Shown here one piece after another: positions 59,986 to 64,000 of a DNA stretch of 64,000 bases. Position 1 is the stretch's first letter. Every line of letters starts with the position of its first letter. The DNA lies in assembly GCA_958296135.2 (NCBI GenBank), contig CATQHZ020000001.1:3104001-3168000 (forward strand). Direction: 5' to 3'. The translations under genes and the position numbers were made by a program. The notes below the pieces were generated by a model. The model saw nothing but the letters and a program-made list of their open reading frames with translations, had not been told where the DNA came from and did no database searches. The DNA comes from an uncultured Poribacteria bacterium. GTDB lineage: Bacteria > Poribacteria > WGA-4E > WGA-3G.

Positions 59986-61470
59986 CTATTCAATAAACGT
60001 CTCGACCTTTTCCAGAACGGAGGGGAGGTCTGTGAGCACCGCTTCCACAACCCCATCGGCCGCTACCACTATCGTGACGAGGCCCGCCGCGTCGCGATTC
60101 AGGTGCTCGCGGCGTTGGGCAACTTTATCCACCCAGACCGGCAGCCGAGAGAGGTGGTGTTCCTTTTGGAATGCCTCAATCGCCTGCACGGAGGTCTCAC
60201 CGGCGTGAACAGCAACCGCCTGCACGCGCGCAGCGTCCACGTCCGCGAGCCTCTCCTCAAGCCGTTGTAGGGCTGTCCCGCAAGCGGTGCTGTCCGTTGA
60301 AAAGAGGTTCAAGAGCACCACTTTGCCGCGGAAAGATGCTAAGGTGACAGGTTTCCCCGAAAGGTCGGTGAGCGCCAGCTCGGGCATGGGTTCACCAATC
60401 CGCGGGGAGGTTTCCTGCGGCTGTGGTGCCGGCGGCAGCAATGGTGATAATTTCTGGAGCAACTCTTTTCCGGCGGGTGACTCAAGAAACGCGTCGCCGA
60501 GTTGCGATTTGAGCTGCGCAGACAGGTCGCCGGAACCGTCCAGTTGCAGCTGGATTTTCATCTGATTGAGAGTATAGATGCCCCGCTGCGGGCCGTTTCG
60601 ATAGAGTTTGCCACTGACGCTGAGATTGAGCCGATGGTGTTGACAGCGGACGAGCGGCACCATGTTTCCTTCCCTCGCCAAGAGGCTTTCTAGCCCGGCT
60701 TTTTCCGTAGGACGCGCTTCATAGAGATAGCTACATGGCAGCGTCGGATCTGCCGCACCGTCGGTGAAGACCCCGGGGTTCCCCGCGGTCGCATCCGCCG
60801 GACAAAGCAGTGCATTTTGGTCCAGATAGTTGGGACACAACGCCGACAGCCACTCACACCACGCCGGGTTTCCCTCGGAACCCCGATATGCCTCAATTGC
60901 GACGTTGATTTGCCGCAGATTCTCGCGGCAGACCTCAATGCCTTTCGCCTCTGCCGCGCGAGGTTGTGCGTCGGGCGCGGCCACCTCATGCGGATAGGCA
61001 GCTGCTAAGAGGAAGCGGTTCAGACGAATGAAATCGTCACCGCTTTGCGGATGTTGTTCAAGGAGGGCCCGAGTCTGTTCGTTGAGTTCAATCTCGGAGA
61101 ACTGTTGGGCATCGTAGAGCGTCTCTGTTTGGATGAGTCGATTCACATCCGTGAGTAGTGCGTCCTGCAAGACAGGCGATGGGGCACGGATACCATCGTA
61201 CGCTCCCAACAGCCGCTGCGTTTCCACGGACAACTTCGCCGCCAGGGAGGTAGAGAAGGCGGCGCGCGTGTCTTGGAGTTTCACCGCCAAACTACCCGGG
61301 TCGGTGAGGGCATCCATTTGCAACAGGAGCTGGTTCCCATCTCCATGGGTAGCAGGAGACATGTTTATTGTCAGCAATAAAGCCGTCAGCAGCAGAATGA
61401 GGTGCCTGCACGGTTGGAGCAACCTATAGCGGCGACTCTTCACCGGTAGTCTAGTTTTTAGCATCTTCAA
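59986..61470 (-). CDS. Multidomain exported protein with C-terminal TlpA-like redoxin (SxxC)
   Basis: CRENLRQI..AI..Y...CPAD...SYLY; IGEPMP.L.LTDLSGKPVTLASFRGKVVLLNLFSTDSTAC. Confidence 0.75.
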   Translation of the reverse strand: MKMLKTRLPVKSRRYRLLQPCRHLILLLTALLLTINMSPATHGDGNQLLLQMDALTDPGSLAVKLQDTRAAFSTSLAAKLSVETQRLLGAYDGIRAPSPVLQDALLTDVNRLIQTETLYDAQQFSEIELNEQTRALLEQHPQSGDDFIRLNRFLLAAAYPHEVAAPDAQPRAAEAKGIEVCRENLRQINVAIEAYRGSEGNPAWCEWLSALCPNYLDQNALLCPADATAGNPGVFTDGAADPTLPCSYLYEARPTEKAGLESLLAREGNMVPLVRCQHHRLNLSVSGKLYRNGPQRGIYTLNQMKIQLQLDGSGDLSAQLKSQLGDAFLESPAGKELLQKLSPLLPPAPQPQETSPRIGEPMPELALTDLSGKPVTLASFRGKVVLLNLFSTDSTACGTALQRLEERLADVDAARVQAVAVHAGETSVQAIEAFQKEHHLSRLPVWVDKVAQRREHLNRDAAGLVTIVVAADGVVEAVLTDLPSVLEKVETFIE

Positions 61471-61923
61471 AATCTCCTTGTCCTTAGAATTTTTATTCGT
61501 ATTTCGCCGACTGATCCGATTAAAATGTTACACACCCGAGTTGCAAAAAAGTTGCATCTTTTCTGCAGGTGCTGCGTCCCGCGCCGCACAGGTAGGGCGG
61601 CGGAGCCTTTTTGGCGATGGCATTGAGATGTCGCTGGTTCATTCGTCGTTTCCCTCGTTAAGCATAGTGACGGACGCAGCCTCAACGCCGTAGGCGCGCA
61701 ACCGAGTCTGTGCGCGGTTTCAAACCGCGCCTACCGGTGTGCGGTAACTCCTACCTGATTTTGTTTCGGGAAAATTGCCCGTTTTAATTTTCAAACTTCA
61801 TGCAAGCGCAAACTACAAGAACGGGATAACTAAATGTCTCTGGGGACTCGACAAAAATCTTGGCAAATTTTCCGAAAAATGCTATACTTTATCCAAATTT
61901 CATGCATGGAGAGACAACGAGAC

Positions 61924-62703
61924 ATGCTTTCTATAAAATGGTTCTACGCCTTTGCATGCGTGTGCCTTCTCTTTTCAACAATGACTAGTAGTTTTGCCGA
62001 GAAAGGATTTGACTACCTACCCGATGAAGACACACTCGGCCTCTGGCATTTCGATGAAGCTAAAGTGCTAGATGTCTCTGCAAACGAAGTGGAAGCGGAC
62101 GTTGAGGGCAAATCGGCATGGGACGCGAACCAAGATTGGAACAAAGAGGCTAAACCGGGAAAATCGTTCGTCTTTGATGGGAACACGGTGATTTCGCTTG
62201 GAGAGGCGGAGGTGCTGATTCCTAAAGTCGCCATTACCCTTGAAGCCTGGGTCTACCCTGAAGACCTGACGGGGTGGCGGCTCATCTGCACGAATTGGGA
62301 CGGACCGCCTGGTGCTTACCACTTAGGCGTTGAAAACGGTATCGCCAAATTCCATATTAACACCGAGAAAGGTGTGGCGTTTGCAGGCGCGGCGAAACCG
62401 CTTGAATTGGAGGAGTGGCAGCACGTCGCCGGCACCTACGATGCCAGCAAGATCAAACTCTACATTAATGGCAAAGAGGTGGGCGCGACGAACCACGGCG
62501 GAAAACTTGTCGGCGCGGGATTTGACGTAATCATAGGCAGTAAAAACACGCGCCAATTTAATTGGAAAGGCTTGATGGACGAAGTGCGGATAAGCGGCAT
62601 CGCTAGGGATGCAGACGTGCTGAGTCCAAACTTAGCAGCACCGCAAGCGGTTGAATTCACGGCAGCGTCTTTGCCAATTCTATGGGGGCAACTCAAACGA
62701 TGA
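61924..62703 (+). CDS. Secreted LamG domain protein
   Basis: Signal peptide, LWHFDE, ITLEAWV, WQHVAGTYD, MDEVRIS; tail AVEFTAASLPILWGQLKR. Confidence 0.88.
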   Translation: MLSIKWFYAFACVCLLFSTMTSSFAEKGFDYLPDEDTLGLWHFDEAKVLDVSANEVEADVEGKSAWDANQDWNKEAKPGKSFVFDGNTVISLGEAEVLIPKVAITLEAWVYPEDLTGWRLICTNWDGPPGAYHLGVENGIAKFHINTEKGVAFAGAAKPLELEEWQHVAGTYDASKIKLYINGKEVGATNHGGKLVGAGFDVIIGSKNTRQFNWKGLMDEVRISGIARDADVLSPNLAAPQAVEFTAASLPILWGQLKR

Positions 62704-64000
62704 GCGAAAACGCCGCTTTAGCCCAAGGCATCGCTTTCTTACGCAAACAGCAGCGCACAGCGGGACATTTTGAGGGACAACTCTCCTCCAGCACCTTTCC
62801 TTCCTGCGCCTACGCCTGGGTGCAGCTCGCCCAAGGCGAAACACCCGAACCCTCCCAGCTCAAGTGGTTTATTTCAAACCAGAACGGGGAGGGAGAATGG
62901 GGATTGGATACCGCGAACATCTCCAATCCGGAGGCGACGCTGTTCGCGAAACTCATCTTGTCGGAGACTCATCGGCGCGCACCGAACGCCGTCCCACCCG
63001 AGCTGCTAGCATCCATTCCATCGTATCCGCTCAACTTGGCACTCATCAAGTTGGCTTACGCTGCTTTCAACCAGTTTGACTGGAACGCACTCACCGTTTC
63101 GGAAAAAGCGTTGCCGTTGATGAAGATGGTGAAACGGCTGACCAAAATCCCTTTCCTGCGCGGTAGGCTGCAGCCGCCGAGGCACCGCTTGCCGCCGGTC
63201 GCGATGTTCAACACGCCACTGTTTGACGAACTGTTCATCGCCGAGCAACATACCCTCGTGCCGGTTTTCATCCTGATTGAACTGCATACGAAGAAACGTC
63301 CGGAAATAATCGCGTCGCTTGCGCAGTGGTTAAAATCGCGCGTGTTGAGCGACGGGAGCTGGTTTCGCGTGAATTATATCACCGCGCTTTCGGTATTGGC
63401 GTTAATTGAGTTGCAGAAAGCATCACGATTAGAAATCGCGCCTACCGAGGCGGAGATTGCGGCGTTGATTGCGCGCGGAATTGAGTGGCTGCGCGCGACG
63501 CGGAATCCAGATGGTGGGTGTCGCGAAGCGTTGAATCTCAACGTCTGGGATACTGCGCTGAGCGTTATCGTGCTGACCGAGGTCTCCGCTGGGGAAAAAA
63601 CGGACAGCCATAGCAATCTGTCCTTACAGACTGATGAAGCCGCCGGACAACTAGCAGCTGCGGCGCGGTGGCTGATTGCGCACCAAAATTCCGATGGTGG
63701 GTGGGCATTTTCTGGGCTGCGCGATAGTTCGCTTCCCAGTGATGCAGACGATACGGCGTTGGCAACGTTGGCATTAATTCGCGTTGTCTCACAGCACGTA
63801 AAAAATACCGTAGCGCGAGGGCCTGGCCCTCGCGATGCCGAAGAGTATGACCACGCGATTCAGCGCGGCATCGCGTGGTTGAAGCAGAATCAGGGGGCCG
63901 ATGGGAGTTGGAGCACCTATCAACCCGGGCAGGGCGATGTCGGCTGTGTCAGCATCACGGCGCATGCGATTGAGGTGCTGCTTGCATCCGGTGGAAACGA
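62700..64000 (+). CDS. Squalene-hopene/terpene cyclase-like protein, truncated by window end
   Basis: Not in the ORF track. ATG 62700 overlaps the upstream TGA; QW repeats (QNGEGEWG, QNSDGGW, QGADGSW), VWDTAL, DADDT at 63741. Confidence 0.88.
   Translation, partial: MSENAALAQGIAFLRKQQRTAGHFEGQLSSSTFPSCAYAWVQLAQGETPEPSQLKWFISNQNGEGEWGLDTANISNPEATLFAKLILSETHRRAPNAVPPELLASIPSYPLNLALIKLAYAAFNQFDWNALTVSEKALPLMKMVKRLTKIPFLRGRLQPPRHRLPPVAMFNTPLFDELFIAEQHTLVPVFILIELHTKKRPEIIASLAQWLKSRVLSDGSWFRVNYITALSVLALIELQKASRLEIAPTEAEIAALIARGIEWLRATRNPDGGCREALNLNVWDTALSVIVLTEVSAGEKTDSHSNLSLQTDEAAGQLAAAARWLIAHQNSDGGWAFSGLRDSSLPSDADDTALATLALIRVVSQHVKNTVARGPGPRDAEEYDHAIQRGIAWLKQNQGADGSWSTYQPGQGDVGCVSITAHAIEVLLASGGN

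Overview
Gene-dense bacterial chromosomal window. Three phytanoyl-CoA dioxygenases, three LamG proteins with a shared C-terminal W-x-x-[LI]-K tail, a cohesin/dockerin-FGE protein, a microcompartment gene pair and abundant GTAG-type REPs suggest Ca. Poribacteria; this is an inference from gene content only. Core or metabolic genes: icd, a divergent citrate-synthase-like gene, ligA, dgoD-like, prs, gpmI, thiE, glpK, cvpA, a two-component pair, a TonB receptor, an ABC permease and a terpene cyclase that runs off the window end. Main observations: (1) a secreted four-HMA-domain protein (20166-21164) that the ORF track splits in four, because three metal-binding CxxC motifs begin with an in-frame TGA, each followed by a hairpin at the same distance, which points to a triple-selenocysteine protein; (2) a second UxxC selenoprotein candidate, peroxiredoxin-like (14812-15384, minus); (3) two non-autonomous IS607-like tnpB elements with definable ends, an AGGG left flank and a covarying pseudoknotted 5' leader RNA; (4) REP palindromes translated in frame inside housekeeping enzymes and supplying stop codons; (5) two recent tandem duplications. 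No rRNA, tRNA or CRISPR array was seen. All family assignments are by motif recognition, with no database search.
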